Of a stretch of 64,000 bases of DNA, positions 63,311 to 64,000 are shown piece after piece (the stretch's first letter is position 1; every line of letters begins with the position of its first letter). The notes under the pieces were generated by a model, which saw nothing but the letters and a program-made list of their open reading frames with translations, ran no database searches and had not been told where the DNA came from. The position numbers and the translations under genes were made by a program. Origin of the DNA: Paramecium tetraurelia. Taxonomy: Eukaryota. The stretch covers positions 447,337 to 511,336 of the forward strand of contig CT868429.1 of the NCBI GenBank assembly GCA_000165425.1, read 5' to 3'.

Positions 63311-64000
63311 ATGTAAATTATGAACAACGTTGCAGCTCTCCAAATCCCATGACACATTAAATTTATCAAAAGATTGAGTGTGAGGGCATGTAATTCAGCC
63401 TTCCTTGTGGAATTGAAAAGTAGGAAGAGAACTAATAAAGTTGAGATTGTCAACAAAAACTAAAGATTTAAATCTATATTTAATTTAATAACATCCCAAT
63501 ATAAATAATGAGATAGATAAATGATTGTATTCATAGAAGCAATGAGATATCCTCCTGAATTTAAAGAAATCATGAAAAATAGAGATTTCATTAATGTTTT
63601 TATGACTGATTAATGCTGTAAAAATCATTCGATTTGATATTATAATAAACAAGATAGCTTTATACGGAATTATTACTAGTTTTTGTGGACCTCCATTTTA
63701 TTTGTATTTAAATCTATTCTATATTCAAAATTAGTTCAAATAATAGAGTTATTCTTATTTGACTTTACAATATAATATTAAATTAATATAATACTATTAA
63801 ATACTGAAGTATTTATAAGAACCCCCTTCAAAAATGAGTTTAAATGCATAACTCAAACACACTTCAATTCTAAAATTAAAAATAGAATTTGAACTATAGA
63901 ACACATAAGTGTCTCCTTATAAACAAAAAGAACTTTGAACAGCTGAAATGAAATCCTAGAGAAGCTTAAAAATACTAAAAAAAATAAAAAAAATAACTCA
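63311..64000 (+). pseudogene. Decayed gene remnant, possibly a protein kinase N-lobe
   Basis: MQIMNNVAALQIP*HIKFIKRLSVRACNSAFLVELKSRKRTNKVEI... has multiple in-frame TGA. Resemblance to kinase subdomains I-II is weak. Confidence 0.3.

Noticed and set aside
63311..63700. In-frame TGA codons as possible selenocysteine or read-through
   Set aside because: Multiple stops, no redox motif or SECIS seen, and degraded motifs; ordinary pseudogene decay is simpler.
1..64000. Retained IESs, Tc1/mariner transposons, telomeric repeats, CRISPR arrays
   Set aside because: In the conserved genes I translated, interruptions were explained by GT..AG introns or single-base indels. No TA-bounded insertions, transposase motifs, G3T3/G4T2 arrays or repeat-spacer arrays were seen by eye; short IESs in intergenic DNA cannot be excluded.

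Overview
Very AT-rich, gene-dense eukaryotic DNA from a ciliate macronuclear chromosome, almost certainly Paramecium (P. aurelia-type). TAA/TAG encode Gln, TGA is the only stop, and genes are split by tiny (about 19-32 nt) GT..AG introns. The supplied standard-code ORF track is therefore mostly fragments or antisense artefacts; I re-translated genes by eye in genetic code 6. About 35 protein genes are supported. Recognisable ones include an RBR E3 ligase, a RINGv-FHA E3, a calcyphosin-like protein, condensin CAP-D2, a TLDc/MEAK7-like protein, two protein kinases, a truncated UBR4-like E3, SPATA17, a kelch protein, an RCC1-repeat protein, RPL17, a LARP4-like protein, a calmodulin-like protein, PDIA6, a class I GATase, CK2 beta, a VPS37-like protein, an OTU deubiquitinase, a PHD protein, H2A.Z and Rab2. 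Several decayed gene remnants are present (the clearest is enkurin). No rRNA, tRNA, telomeric repeat, transposase or CRISPR array was recognised. The most unusual observations are: two divergent genes whose start codons are 1 nt apart (61783-61789); a 'mini-UBR4'; an apparently catalytically dead TGS1-like protein; a secreted 16-Cys protein with violaxanthin-de-epoxidase-like cysteine spacing plus a decayed tandem copy; a candidate CudA/STAT-like transcription factor preceded by a candidate H/ACA snoRNA; and single-base frameshifts in RPL17 and a kinase. Family assignments come from motifs recalled from memory, not from database searches, and exon boundaries are hand-derived.
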